Below are positions 8,973 to 18,062 of a stretch of DNA of 64,000 nucleotides, piece by piece; positions within the stretch are counted from its first letter, which is position 1; every line of letters begins with the position of its first letter. The notes under the pieces are model-generated. The model was given only the letters and a program-made list of their open reading frames with translations, did no database searches and had not been told where the DNA came from. A program made the position numbers and the translations under genes. This stretch comes from Candidatus Cybelea sp. (GTDB lineage Bacteria; Vulcanimicrobiota; Vulcanimicrobiia; Vulcanimicrobiales; Vulcanimicrobiaceae). The stretch spans positions 9,974 to 73,973 of the forward strand of contig DASRSI010000009.1 of assembly GCA_035695445.1 (NCBI GenBank). Reading direction: 5' to 3'.

Positions 8973-10295
8973 TTACTGTTCGTCGGGGATTTGGCCGTCG
9001 TTGGGTTGATTGAGGAAGAAACGTGCATCAAGCGGCGCCGCGATCGGCACGAAGCGACGCGGCTTCCGATTGAAGTCGAGGCAATCTTTTGCGGGTGAGG
9101 TGGCGCGCGAATCGGCGGCCGAGAGACGATCGAGCCCGAAGAGATCTTCGGCATAGCGCAGCACGCTCGCCGTCTCGTATTGCACGTGCGAAACGTAATC
9201 GCTCTTCGCATACGGCGAAATGACCATCAACGGCACACGAAAACCTAAACCGTCGTAATCCTTGAAGGGCGGTGGAACCGGATCGTAGAGGCCGCCCCAG
9301 TCGTCCCACTGCACGAAAATGACCGTCGAATCCCAGAACTGGCTCTCGCCGACGGCGTTGACCACGGAGGCGACCCACGAGGGACCATCGCCGCCGCCGC
9401 AATCGGTGTGATCGGAATCGGGACAGAGCGGCGTAACCCAGGTAAAGGCTGCGAGCTTGCCCTTTGCAACGTCGCTGAGAAACCGGCGCTGCGGCGTGAT
9501 GATGTTTCTCTTCCAGTCGGGACCGTAAAAAATATGCTTGACCGCCTGATAGCCCGACCAGAGTCCGCTATACGGGCGATTGTATTTGGCGGTATAGAAG
9601 CGCCACTTTAATCCGGCGTGGTCGAGCTCGTCGCCGAAGGTCGTGTAATTGAAGCACGGGCGCTGCGGCGTTGAATAGGTTCGTTTCAACGTGATGGTCG
9701 CTTCCGGATCGCCCTTTCCGCCCTCGCAACCCCACCAGCCATCCGGCACGTCGACGCTGGAGTGCGCTTGCGCCGCGATGATGTATTGATGCGCCACGAA
9801 ACTCTCGTCGAGCTGCGACTGGAACATGCGATCGGCGAGAACCCACTCGTGCGCCATATCCCAGTACGGCTTCGATTCCGAATGGGGAACGAAGGTGTAC
9901 TCGCGGTTTTCAGGACCGCCGATGCCGCCTTCGCGGTTGAAGCCGTCCATCCGGCACTTCGTCCCCGGCAGCCGCCCGGTTCCGTTGCAGGCCGCGAACA
10001 TGTCTTTCGCCCCGTGGCCGATCTCGAAGATGGTCTTGAGGCTCACTGCTTTGAGCGTAATCGTCTTACCGTAAGAATCCTTGCCTTTTGACACGGTATA
10101 GGCGCCCGGATAACCCTGGAACATGTCGTTAAAGCTGCGGTTCTCTTGCACGACCCAAACGACGTGACGAATCTTTCCGGCACCCATGGCATTGAGCGCC
10201 TGCAACGGCGTTCCGCCGCTCATGTAGGGCACGACGGTGCGTCCGCAAGCCGTCAGCGCGAACGCGGCCGCAAGCGCAAAGATGCGCTTACTCAT
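8973..10295 (-). CDS. Phosphoesterase-family lipoprotein, clade B copy B1
   Basis: Internal ATG at 10295 gives MSKRIFALAAAFALTAC and overlaps the B2 stop by 8 nt (ATGAGTAA). Motifs [59 protein letters not shown] and GLGFRVP. Tail IPDEQ. Confidence 0.9.
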   Translation of the reverse strand: MSKRIFALAAAFALTACGRTVVPYMSGGTPLQALNAMGAGKIRHVVWVVQENRSFNDMFQGYPGAYTVSKGKDSYGKTITLKAVSLKTIFEIGHGAKDMFAACNGTGRLPGTKCRMDGFNREGGIGGPENREYTFVPHSESKPYWDMAHEWVLADRMFQSQLDESFVAHQYIIAAQAHSSVDVPDGWWGCEGGKGDPEATITLKRTYSTPQRPCFNYTTFGDELDHAGLKWRFYTAKYNRPYSGLWSGYQAVKHIFYGPDWKRNIITPQRRFLSDVAKGKLAAFTWVTPLCPDSDHTDCGGGDGPSWVASVVNAVGESQFWDSTVIFVQWDDWGGLYDPVPPPFKDYDGLGFRVPLMVISPYAKSDYVSHVQYETASVLRYAEDLFGLDRLSAADSRATSPAKDCLDFNRKPRRFVPIAAPLDARFFLNQPNDGQIPDEQ

Positions 10296-11616
10296 AATCC
10301 GGCGCGAAATAGTCGTCGGGCAGGGGACGCATGAAGAACTTCGGCGGATAGGGCGCATCGATCTTGACGAATGGACGGGGCTTCTGCGAGAAGTCGAAGG
10401 AATCTTTGCCCGGCGCATTCGCGCGCCGGTCGGCACCGGAGAGCTGACGCAAGCCGAAGAGATTCTCGGCAAACCGCAGCACGCTCGCAGTCTCGTATTG
10501 CACGTGGGTAACGCGCCGGCGAGCGTAGGGCGAGATCATCAACAACGGCACGCGAAAGCCGAGTCCGTCGCGTCCTTCGTACGGCGGCGGAACGTGATCG
10601 TAGAGACCACCCCAATCATCCCATTGCACGAAGATCGCCGTTGAATCCCAGAACTTGCTCTCTCCAACGGTATTGACGAGTGCGGTGACCCACGATGGCC
10701 CGTACGCTCCGGGACAGTTCACGTGGTCGGAATCGTCGCAGACCGGAGTAATCCAGGTGAAGTTCGCGAGTTTACCCTGACGAACGTCGACGATGAACTG
10801 CCAGTTCGGCGAGACGACGTTCTTCCAATCGGGCCCGTAGCGGATATGTTTGACTGCCTGATAACTCGACCACTCGGTGCCGCTGCCGCCCTGCGAGCCG
10901 CTTCCGTATTTGCTCGCGTAGAACCGCCAGCTCAACTTCGCTCGGTCGAGCTCGTCACCGAGCGTCTGGTAATCGAAGCACGGATGCATCGTCGGTTTGG
11001 TTACGATGCGCATTTTCGTGATCGTGGAAACGAGGTCGAATTTTCCGCCGCCGCAACCCCAGCGCCCGCCGGGCAAGTCGACGGCCCAGTCCGCCTGCGC
11101 GGCGATCACGTACTGATGCGCGACGAAACTCTCGTCGAGCTGCGACTGAAACATGCGATCGGCGAGCACCCAGTTGCGCGCCATATCCCAGTATGGTTTT
11201 ACCTCTTTGTGCGACGCGTAGACGTACTCGCGGTGCGCCGGGCCGCCGAATCCGGACTCCTGATCGAATCCGTCCATCCTACAATCGGTGCCCGGAAGGG
11301 CGCCGGTTCCGCGGCACGCACTGAACATTGCTTCGGCCGAGTGATCGATGTCGTAGGGATGTCCGAGTGGATAGGGGCGCAGCTTGATGGTCTTTCCTTG
11401 CGAATCCTTACCGCTCGAAACGGTGTCGGCGCCCGGATACGCTTGGAAGAGGTTATCGAAGCTGCGATTCTCCTGCACGATGTAGACGATGTGTTGGATC
11501 TTTCCGGCACCGGTCGCATCGAGTGCCGGCAACGCCACGCTCTCGCGCATATACGGCAGCGAGTGCGACGAGCAGCCGGCGAAGGCGACGGCCATGATAA
11601 CCGGCGCCGCGCGCAT
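10288..11616 (-). CDS. Phosphoesterase-family lipoprotein, clade B copy B2
   Basis: ATG at 11616 gives MRAAPVIMAVAFAGC and overlaps the B3 stop (TAATG). Motifs [55 protein letters not shown]. Tail APDYE. Confidence 0.9.
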   Translation of the reverse strand: MRAAPVIMAVAFAGCSSHSLPYMRESVALPALDATGAGKIQHIVYIVQENRSFDNLFQAYPGADTVSSGKDSQGKTIKLRPYPLGHPYDIDHSAEAMFSACRGTGALPGTDCRMDGFDQESGFGGPAHREYVYASHKEVKPYWDMARNWVLADRMFQSQLDESFVAHQYVIAAQADWAVDLPGGRWGCGGGKFDLVSTITKMRIVTKPTMHPCFDYQTLGDELDRAKLSWRFYASKYGSGSQGGSGTEWSSYQAVKHIRYGPDWKNVVSPNWQFIVDVRQGKLANFTWITPVCDDSDHVNCPGAYGPSWVTALVNTVGESKFWDSTAIFVQWDDWGGLYDHVPPPYEGRDGLGFRVPLLMISPYARRRVTHVQYETASVLRFAENLFGLRQLSGADRRANAPGKDSFDFSQKPRPFVKIDAPYPPKFFMRPLPDDYFAPDYE

Positions 11617-12962
11617 TACTGTTCGTCGGGGATGCGTGGGTCGACCGGCTGCGTTAGGAAGAACGCCGCGCCTTTCGGCGCCTTGATCGGAATGAATTTG
11701 CGCGGCGGCTGATTGAAATCGAGACAATCCTTTGCCGGCGAGGCCGCACGCCTGTCGGCAGCCGAAAGCTGCGAGAGGCCGTAGAGATCTTCAGCGTAGC
11801 GCAGCACACTCGCCGTTTCGTATTGCACGTGCGAGACGAAGTCTTTCTTCGCGTACGGAGAGATGATCATGAGCCCAACACGGAAGCCGAGGCCGTCGTA
11901 ATCTTTGAACGGCGGCGCAACGTGATCGTACATGCCGCCCCAGTCGTCCCATTGCACGAAGACGACGGTCGAGTTCCAGAACTTGCTCTTACCGATGGCA
12001 TCGACGAGCGACGTTACCCACGACGGCCCGAGCCCGCCGCCGCAATCGGAGTGATCGGAGTCGGGACAGGTCGGCGTGATCCAGGTGAAGCTGGCGAGAT
12101 GTCCCTTCGGACCGGCGACGTCCTTGAGGAAGCGGCGCTGCGGCGTGATGATGTCTTTCTTCCAATCGGGTCCGTGAAAGATATGCCTCACCGCCTGATA
12201 ACTCGACCAGAAGCCGCCATACGGTATCGTGTACTTGCTCGTGTAGAAGCGCCACTCCAGGCCGGCCTTATCGAACTCGTCGCCAAGAGTTTGGTAGTCG
12301 AAACACGGCACGATGGACTTCCCGTACTGGCGGGTCTTGGTAATCGTCGAAACCTCGTCGGCCGGGCCTCCGCCGCAGCCCCAATAGTAATCGGGGACGT
12401 CCACCGCCGAGTGGGCCTGTGCCGCAATGATGTATTGGTGCGCCACGAAACTCTCGTCGAGCTGCGACGCAAACGTCCGGTCACTCAAAACGAACTCGTG
12501 TGCCATGTCGAAATAGGGCTTCGATTCTTCGTGCGGTACGTATCCGTACTGGCCGTAATAGGGACCACCGTAAATGTGTTCGTTATTGAAGCCGTTCATG
12601 AGGCACTTCGTTCCCGGCAGTTTGCCGGTGCCGTTGCACGCATAGAACATGCCTTGCGCGGAGTGATCGATCTCGTAGGACGTCTTGAGCGAGATCGCCT
12701 GAAGCGGAATCGTGTCGCCGTGGGAATCCTTGCCTTTCGAAACCGTGTCCGCTCCCGGGTATCCTTGGAACATGTCGTCGAAGCTGCGATTCTCTTGAAC
12801 GATCCAGACGATATGTTTGATCTTTCCCGCGCCGCTGTCGAGCATCGTCTGAACGTTTGCGGGGCCTCCTGCCGGCGGGAGTCCCGGGGCGTTCGAGGCG
12901 CTGCATGCGGAAAAAATGAAGAGTGCGGCTGATAGTGCCGCAGCGGAAAAAGGCCGGATCAT
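11616..12962 (-). CDS. Phosphoesterase-family lipoprotein, clade B copy B3
   Basis: ATG at 12962 gives MIRPFSAAALSAALFIFSAC. Motifs [59 protein letters not shown]. Tail IPDEQ. First gene of a three-gene overlapping string, B3-B2-B1. Confidence 0.9.
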   Translation of the reverse strand: MIRPFSAAALSAALFIFSACSASNAPGLPPAGGPANVQTMLDSGAGKIKHIVWIVQENRSFDDMFQGYPGADTVSKGKDSHGDTIPLQAISLKTSYEIDHSAQGMFYACNGTGKLPGTKCLMNGFNNEHIYGGPYYGQYGYVPHEESKPYFDMAHEFVLSDRTFASQLDESFVAHQYIIAAQAHSAVDVPDYYWGCGGGPADEVSTITKTRQYGKSIVPCFDYQTLGDEFDKAGLEWRFYTSKYTIPYGGFWSSYQAVRHIFHGPDWKKDIITPQRRFLKDVAGPKGHLASFTWITPTCPDSDHSDCGGGLGPSWVTSLVDAIGKSKFWNSTVVFVQWDDWGGMYDHVAPPFKDYDGLGFRVGLMIISPYAKKDFVSHVQYETASVLRYAEDLYGLSQLSAADRRAASPAKDCLDFNQPPRKFIPIKAPKGAAFFLTQPVDPRIPDEQ

Positions 12963-13159
12963 GCGGGAAACTGCCCCAAGCACCCCCGGCATCCCTCCGT
13001 TCGATTCGGCCAAGCCGAGCAGGCATCCGCCTAGACGCCTTGCGACCTTTTGACCCGCGCGCGCGTTCCTTAAATGCCGCTTCCAGGGGAGGGAGGCGGC
13101 CCGACCAGACATAAGTCAGGCTCTCCCCCGATAGGCCTATCTAAACTTAAGGAGCATCT

Positions 13160-14323
13160 GTGAACGCACCCAAGCTAGTGGTGCCGCTTCTTGCGACACT
13201 CGCATTTGCCGCATGTAATGCTGGCGGCACTTCGAACTTGCCGGGCACGCCCGAACAAGTGACATCCCAGAGCCATACCGTTCCGCAAGCACAAACACTC
13301 TTAACCCGCGTGTGCCCCGACATGGGACCGGGCTTTGCGCGCTGCGATGCGTTGCTGATCAACAACGGTAAGGTTCAACCCGACGAACCGGGTTGGCAGC
13401 CCCTCGATTTCCAGACGCGCTACAAGCTGCCCATTACCAAGGGATCGGGCCAGATCGTTGCGATCGTCGACGCCTACGATAACCCGAATGCGGCGACGGA
13501 CCTTGCGACCTACCGTACCGAGTACGGGCTCGGAACCGCGAACTTCGCCAAGTACAATCAGACCGGCCAGCAGAGCAACTATCCGGCCGGCAATAAGGGC
13601 TGGGGACTCGAGGAAGACCTCGATATCGAGATGGTCTCGGCTTCCTGTCCTAAGTGCACCATCTACTTGGTCGAAGCGAACGGCGCCGACACGAACGATC
13701 TCGACACCGCCGAAGCCGAAGCGGTGACGCTCGGCGCGCACGTCGTCAGCAACAGCTGGGGCGGCGGCTCGGTTGTCGGTTCGTACTTCGACACGCCAGG
13801 CGTCGTCTATCTTGCCTCGGCAGGCGACAGTGGATATGGCACGCAGGCCCCGGCCGATCTTGCAAGCGTCGTTGCGGTTGGCGGCACGGTCCTGGCCAAG
13901 AGCGGTTCGGGCGTCTACAGCGAGATGGCCTGGAGAGGAACCGGATCGGGATGCGCGACCGGCGTCGCCAAGCCGGCGTGGCAGCACGATACCGGCTGCA
14001 CTTTCCGCACAATGAATGACGTTTCTGCGGTTGCGATGCAAGTCTCCGAGTACGATTCATACCAGGAAGGAGGCTGGTTCACGGTCGCTGGAACGAGCGT
14101 CTCTTCGCCGCTGGTCAGTGGCGTTTTCGGTCTCGCCGGCAATGCCAAAAAGCTCGATGCCGGTAAGAAATTCTGGAGCCTCAAGAAAAAGGCTCGCAAG
14201 AAAGATCTCAACGATATTACCACCGGGACCAATGGCTCGTGCGGCAATTATCTCTGCACCGCGGGACCCGGATACGATGGACCGACCGGGTGGGGAACGC
14301 CCAAAGGCATCGGCGCATTCTAA
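13160..14323 (+). CDS. S53 (sedolisin/kumamolisin-like) serine-carboxyl peptidase lipoprotein, copy 1
   Basis: AAGGAG lies 6 nt upstream of the GTG at 13160. Lipobox LAFAAC. Motifs FQTRYKLP, GQIVAIVDAYDNP, GWGLEEDLDIEMVSA (Glu/Asp pair), VVSNSWG, ASAGDSGYG and AGTSVSSPLVSG (Ser). Confidence 0.8.
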   Translation: MNAPKLVVPLLATLAFAACNAGGTSNLPGTPEQVTSQSHTVPQAQTLLTRVCPDMGPGFARCDALLINNGKVQPDEPGWQPLDFQTRYKLPITKGSGQIVAIVDAYDNPNAATDLATYRTEYGLGTANFAKYNQTGQQSNYPAGNKGWGLEEDLDIEMVSASCPKCTIYLVEANGADTNDLDTAEAEAVTLGAHVVSNSWGGGSVVGSYFDTPGVVYLASAGDSGYGTQAPADLASVVAVGGTVLAKSGSGVYSEMAWRGTGSGCATGVAKPAWQHDTGCTFRTMNDVSAVAMQVSEYDSYQEGGWFTVAGTSVSSPLVSGVFGLAGNAKKLDAGKKFWSLKKKARKKDLNDITTGTNGSCGNYLCTAGPGYDGPTGWGTPKGIGAF

Positions 14324-14336
14324 AAAGGAGCAGTGA

Positions 14337-15530
14337 ATGAACGCACATATGAAACTCGCCGCGCCGTTCGTGGCAGCGCTCGCGCTGGCCGCGTGTAACG
14401 CAGGCGGCACTTCGAGCTTGCCCGGATCGCCCGGACAAAGCACTTCCATGACCCAAAGCCATCGCGTTCCTGAGTGGCAAGCGAAAGGTCTCGCGCGCCA
14501 CGTATGCGGCGACGTGGGTCCCGGCGAAGCGCGTTGCGACGCGCTCTTGATCAACAACGGAAAGATCCAACCCGACGAACCGGGTTGGCAGCCCCTCGAT
14601 TTCCAGACGCGCTACAAGCTGCCCATTACCAAGGGATCGGGCCAGATCGTTGCAATCGTCGACGGATACGATAACCCGAACGCGGCGACGGACATCGCGA
14701 CCTACCGTACCGAGTACGGGCTCGGAACCGCGAATTTCACCAAGTACAATCAAAAAGGTCAAAAGAGCAACTATCCTACGGGCAACGCAAACTGGGGCCT
14801 CGAAGAAGATCTCGACATCGAGATGGTCTCGGCTTCCTGTCCTAAGTGCACGATCTACCTGGTCGAAGCGAACACGAACAGCACCAAAGATCTCGAAGCC
14901 GCGGAGGCCGAAGCGGTGAAGCTCGGCGCGCATATCATCAGCAACAGCTGGGGATGCCCCGGTAGCAACGCCTGCGTCAACAAGAAGTCCTTCGATCACG
15001 CGGGCGTACTCTATCTCTCGTCGGCCGGTGACGACGGCTACGGAACGCAGGCTCCGGCCGCGCTCGCGAGCGTCGTTTCAGTCGGCGGCACCGTCTTCTC
15101 CAAGAACGGTTCGGGCGTCTACAGCGAGACGGTCTGGGACGGCACCGGATCCGGATGTGCGACCGGCGTCGCGAAGCCGGCGTGGCAGCACGACTCCGGT
15201 TGTAGCTCACGCACCATGAATGACGTTTCCGCAATCGCCTTCCAAGTCAGCGAGTACGATTCATACGGTTACGGCGGCTGGTTTACGGTCGGCGGAACGA
15301 GCGTCGCATCGCCGCTGGTTGGCGGCGTTTTCGGTCTGGCCGCCAATGCCAGCAAGCAAGATGCCGGTAAGAAGTTCTGGAGCCTGAAGAAAAAGGCGCT
15401 CAAGAAAGACCTTAACGACATCACGAGCGGAAGCAATGGCCAGTGCAGCGGAAGTTATCTCTGCACCGGGGGCGTCGGATACGACGGACCGACCGGCTGG
15501 GGAACTCCGAAAGGCATCGGCGCGTTCTAA
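14337..15530 (+). CDS. S53 sedolisin-like peptidase lipoprotein, copy 2
   Basis: AAGGAG before ATG 14337; lipobox LALAAC. Same motif set as copy 1: GQIVAIVDGYDNP, EEDLDIEMVSA, SNSWG, SSAGDDGYG, GGTSVASPLVGG. Contains 86 nt identical to copy 1. Confidence 0.8.
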   Translation: MNAHMKLAAPFVAALALAACNAGGTSSLPGSPGQSTSMTQSHRVPEWQAKGLARHVCGDVGPGEARCDALLINNGKIQPDEPGWQPLDFQTRYKLPITKGSGQIVAIVDGYDNPNAATDIATYRTEYGLGTANFTKYNQKGQKSNYPTGNANWGLEEDLDIEMVSASCPKCTIYLVEANTNSTKDLEAAEAEAVKLGAHIISNSWGCPGSNACVNKKSFDHAGVLYLSSAGDDGYGTQAPAALASVVSVGGTVFSKNGSGVYSETVWDGTGSGCATGVAKPAWQHDSGCSSRTMNDVSAIAFQVSEYDSYGYGGWFTVGGTSVASPLVGGVFGLAANASKQDAGKKFWSLKKKALKKDLNDITSGSNGQCSGSYLCTGGVGYDGPTGWGTPKGIGAF

Positions 15531-15558
15531 CGCCCGAACGGCCGCAGCGACACAAAAT

Positions 15559-15597
15559 GAGAGGCGGCGCATTGCGCCGCCTCTCGTCATTCTTCGT
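15559..15597 (+). terminator. Rho-independent terminator-like hairpin after S53 copy 2
   Basis: GAGAGGCGGCGC-ATT-GCGCCGCCTCTC, a 12-bp perfect stem, followed by the T-rich GTCATTCTTCGT. Confidence 0.6.
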
Positions 15598-15683
15598 GGG
15601 GAATGCGCACGTCGGGCGCTGCAGGCGGATTCTCCTCGTTGCCCAAATTCCCCATCCTCAAAGGCATTAGCAAAGGAGCATAT

Positions 15684-16883
15684 GTGAACGCAACCATACG
15701 ACTCGTGGTGCCGCTGGCCGCGACGCTCGCGTTCGCCGCCTGTAATGCGGGCGGAACGACCGGCGTACCGGCCTCCGGCGACACCACTGCACAAACGCAA
15801 TCGCGCGGTACTACGCCGCAAGGACAGGCGAAAGGTTTCGGCACACCGGCGTGTCCGCAAGTCGCCGGCAAAATAACGTGCCTGACGCTCATCCAATCGA
15901 AGAGCGGCATCAGCCCCGACGTCGCCGGCTGGGGGCCCCCCGACTTCCAGACGCGCTACCATCTGCCGTCGTCCAAGAAGGGCAAGGGGCAGATCGTCGC
16001 AATCGTCGACGCCTTCGACAATCCGGACGTCGCTTCAGACCTCGCGGCGTACCGCACCGAGTTTGGTATGCCCGCGGCCAAATTCTCTAAGTACAACCAA
16101 GAAGGCCAACAGAGTAACTATCCAAGTGGGAACACCGGTTGGGGCGTTGAGATCGACCTCGACGTCGATATGGTCTCGGCCGCATGTCCGAACTGCACCA
16201 TCTACTTAGTTGAAGCGAACAGCAACGATACGAGCGATCTGGAAGCCGCGGAGCTCGAAGCGGTGACGCTCGGCGCCCACATCATCAGCAATAGCTGGAT
16301 CTGCTACGGCAGCGTATCGTGCGGGACGTCGCCGTCGGACTTCGACGCGCCGGGCGTGCTCTATCTGGCTGCCTCCGGTGACGCCGGCTATAACGAGGTT
16401 GGGCCACCGAGCAGCTTCTCGACGGTCGTGGCGGTCGGCGGCACGGTTCTTTCCAAGAACGGCTCGGGCGTCTACAACGAATCCGCCTGGCCCGATGCCG
16501 GTTCGGGTTGCTCGCCGAGCGTAGCGAAGCCGAAATGGCAGCACGACAAGGGCTGCACCACGCGCACTGCCTCCGACGTTGCGTCGGTTGCACAGCAAGT
16601 CGCCGAGTACGACACCTATGGCGAGGGCGGCTGGTTCACGGTCGGCGGCACGAGCGCGGCATCGCCGCTCATCGCCGGCGTCTATGGCCTTGCCGGAAAT
16701 GCCGCCAAGCAAGACGGCGCGAAGAAAATCTGGTCGCTCTCGAAAAAGCACCGCAAGAAATGGCTGAACGATATCACGACCGGCAGCAACGGCTCGTGCG
16801 GCGGAAGCTATCTCTGCACCGCGGGCGTTGGTTATGACGGACCGACCGGATGGGGAACGCCTCACGGCATCGGCGCCTTCTAA
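15684..16883 (+). CDS. S53 sedolisin-like peptidase lipoprotein, copy 3
   Basis: AAAGGAG lies 6 nt before the in-frame GTG at 15684 and gives VNATIRLVVPLAATLAFAAC. The track start 15603 lies upstream of the RBS. Motifs GQIVAIVDAFDNP, GVEIDLDVDMVSA, SNSW, ASGDAGY and GGTSAASPLIAG. Confidence 0.8.
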   Translation: MNATIRLVVPLAATLAFAACNAGGTTGVPASGDTTAQTQSRGTTPQGQAKGFGTPACPQVAGKITCLTLIQSKSGISPDVAGWGPPDFQTRYHLPSSKKGKGQIVAIVDAFDNPDVASDLAAYRTEFGMPAAKFSKYNQEGQQSNYPSGNTGWGVEIDLDVDMVSAACPNCTIYLVEANSNDTSDLEAAELEAVTLGAHIISNSWICYGSVSCGTSPSDFDAPGVLYLAASGDAGYNEVGPPSSFSTVVAVGGTVLSKNGSGVYNESAWPDAGSGCSPSVAKPKWQHDKGCTTRTASDVASVAQQVAEYDTYGEGGWFTVGGTSAASPLIAGVYGLAGNAAKQDGAKKIWSLSKKHRKKWLNDITTGSNGSCGGSYLCTAGVGYDGPTGWGTPHGIGAF

Positions 16884-16903
16884 CGGGTACCGCAATACGA
16901 ACC

Positions 16904-16930
16904 AAGAGCCCGGCTTTGCGCCGGGCTCTT
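16904..16930 (+). terminator. Stem-loop between S53 copies 3 and 4 (terminator or attenuator candidate)
   Basis: AAGAGCCCGG-CTTTGCG-CCGGGCTCTT, a 10-bp perfect stem. The trailing sequence TCAAAG is not T-rich. The only plausible start codon of copy 4 (TTG 16916) lies in the loop. Confidence 0.4.
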
Positions 16931-18058
16931 TCAAAGCTGGCGGCGCTGCTCGTTGTAGCGCTCGCGGTCGCGGCATGCGGTAGCCCGTCGGATCTGCCGG
17001 CTCCGAACCGTCAAACCACGCCTGCGCTGCGCGCATGCCCCGGGAGCCGTGCGGCCCAGGTTCAATGCGACCTCTTGGTGGAGAAGACGGGCGTTCGCCC
17101 GGAACTGGCAGGCTGGTCGCCGAAAAATTTGCGATCAGCCTACAATTTGCCGTCAACGAAAAAGGGCGTGGGGCAGATCGTCGCAATCGTCGATGCGTTC
17201 GACAATCCCAACGTGACGAACGACCTCGAGGCGTACCGTAGCTACTTCAATATGCCGCCCGTGCGGTTCGTCAAGTACAATCAAGAGGGGAAAGAGAGCG
17301 ACTATCCGCGGCACGATAAAGGATGGGGCCAAGAGATCGACCTCGACGTTGAAATGGTTTCGGCGATCTGCCCAAACTGTTCGATTGACCTGATCGAGGC
17401 GCAGAGCAATGCCCAGCGCAACCTTTACGCGGCGGAAAAAACCGCGACGACGCTCGGCGCCCCGATCGTCAGCAATAGCTGGGGCAGCTACGGCGATTAT
17501 CCGTCGAACGGCGCGTTCGACGTACCCGGCATTACCTACGTCGCCAGCGCCGGCGACGATGGATACGGCACGCAAGAGCCCTCGGATTATACGACCGTCG
17601 TTTCGGTCGGCGGCACGGTGCTCTCGAAGAGCGCCGGAAAATACGGCGAGACCGTCTGGGAGAACACCGGCGGCGGATGCTCCGATCTTCCCAAGCCACA
17701 ATGGCAGCACGATCCGGGTTGCCGGCGTCGCACCGGAAACGACCTCGCAGCGGTCGCTTCGAGCGTTGCGTTCTACGATACGTACGGCCTCGATGGATGG
17801 GGCACCGCCGACGGCACGAGCGTCGCTGCGCCGATCATCGCCTCGGTCTTCGCGCTCGCCGGCAATGCCGCGCAGCAACGCGCCGGAAGGAAGTTCTGGC
17901 ACTCCGCGCACCACCTGCATGCGGTGACGAGCGGTCAGATCGCTAACTGCCCGCCGAGCTTGAAGGGCAGCTATCTCTGCGCGGCCGGCACCGGTCAATT
18001 CAAAACCTATTCGGGACCCACCGGATGGGGCACGCCAAACGGCATCGCCGACTTCTAA
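16916..18058 (+). CDS. S53 sedolisin-like peptidase lipoprotein, copy 4 (most divergent)
   Basis: TTG at 16916 gives MRRALSKLAALLVVALAVAAC. The track start 16850 overlaps copy 3. Motifs GQIVAIVDAFDNP, GQEIDLDVEMVSA, SNSWG, ASAGDDGYG and DGTSVAAPIIAS. Confidence 0.78.
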   Translation: MRRALSKLAALLVVALAVAACGSPSDLPAPNRQTTPALRACPGSRAAQVQCDLLVEKTGVRPELAGWSPKNLRSAYNLPSTKKGVGQIVAIVDAFDNPNVTNDLEAYRSYFNMPPVRFVKYNQEGKESDYPRHDKGWGQEIDLDVEMVSAICPNCSIDLIEAQSNAQRNLYAAEKTATTLGAPIVSNSWGSYGDYPSNGAFDVPGITYVASAGDDGYGTQEPSDYTTVVSVGGTVLSKSAGKYGETVWENTGGGCSDLPKPQWQHDPGCRRRTGNDLAAVASSVAFYDTYGLDGWGTADGTSVAAPIIASVFALAGNAAQQRAGRKFWHSAHHLHAVTSGQIANCPPSLKGSYLCAAGTGQFKTYSGPTGWGTPNGIADF

Positions 18059-18062
18059 CGCG

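Noticed and set aside
13045-13085. Sigma70-like promoter TTGACC ... TTAAAT upstream of the S53 operon.
   Set aside because: The spacer is only about 14 nt, the -10 match is weak, and promoter consensus for this lineage is unknown.
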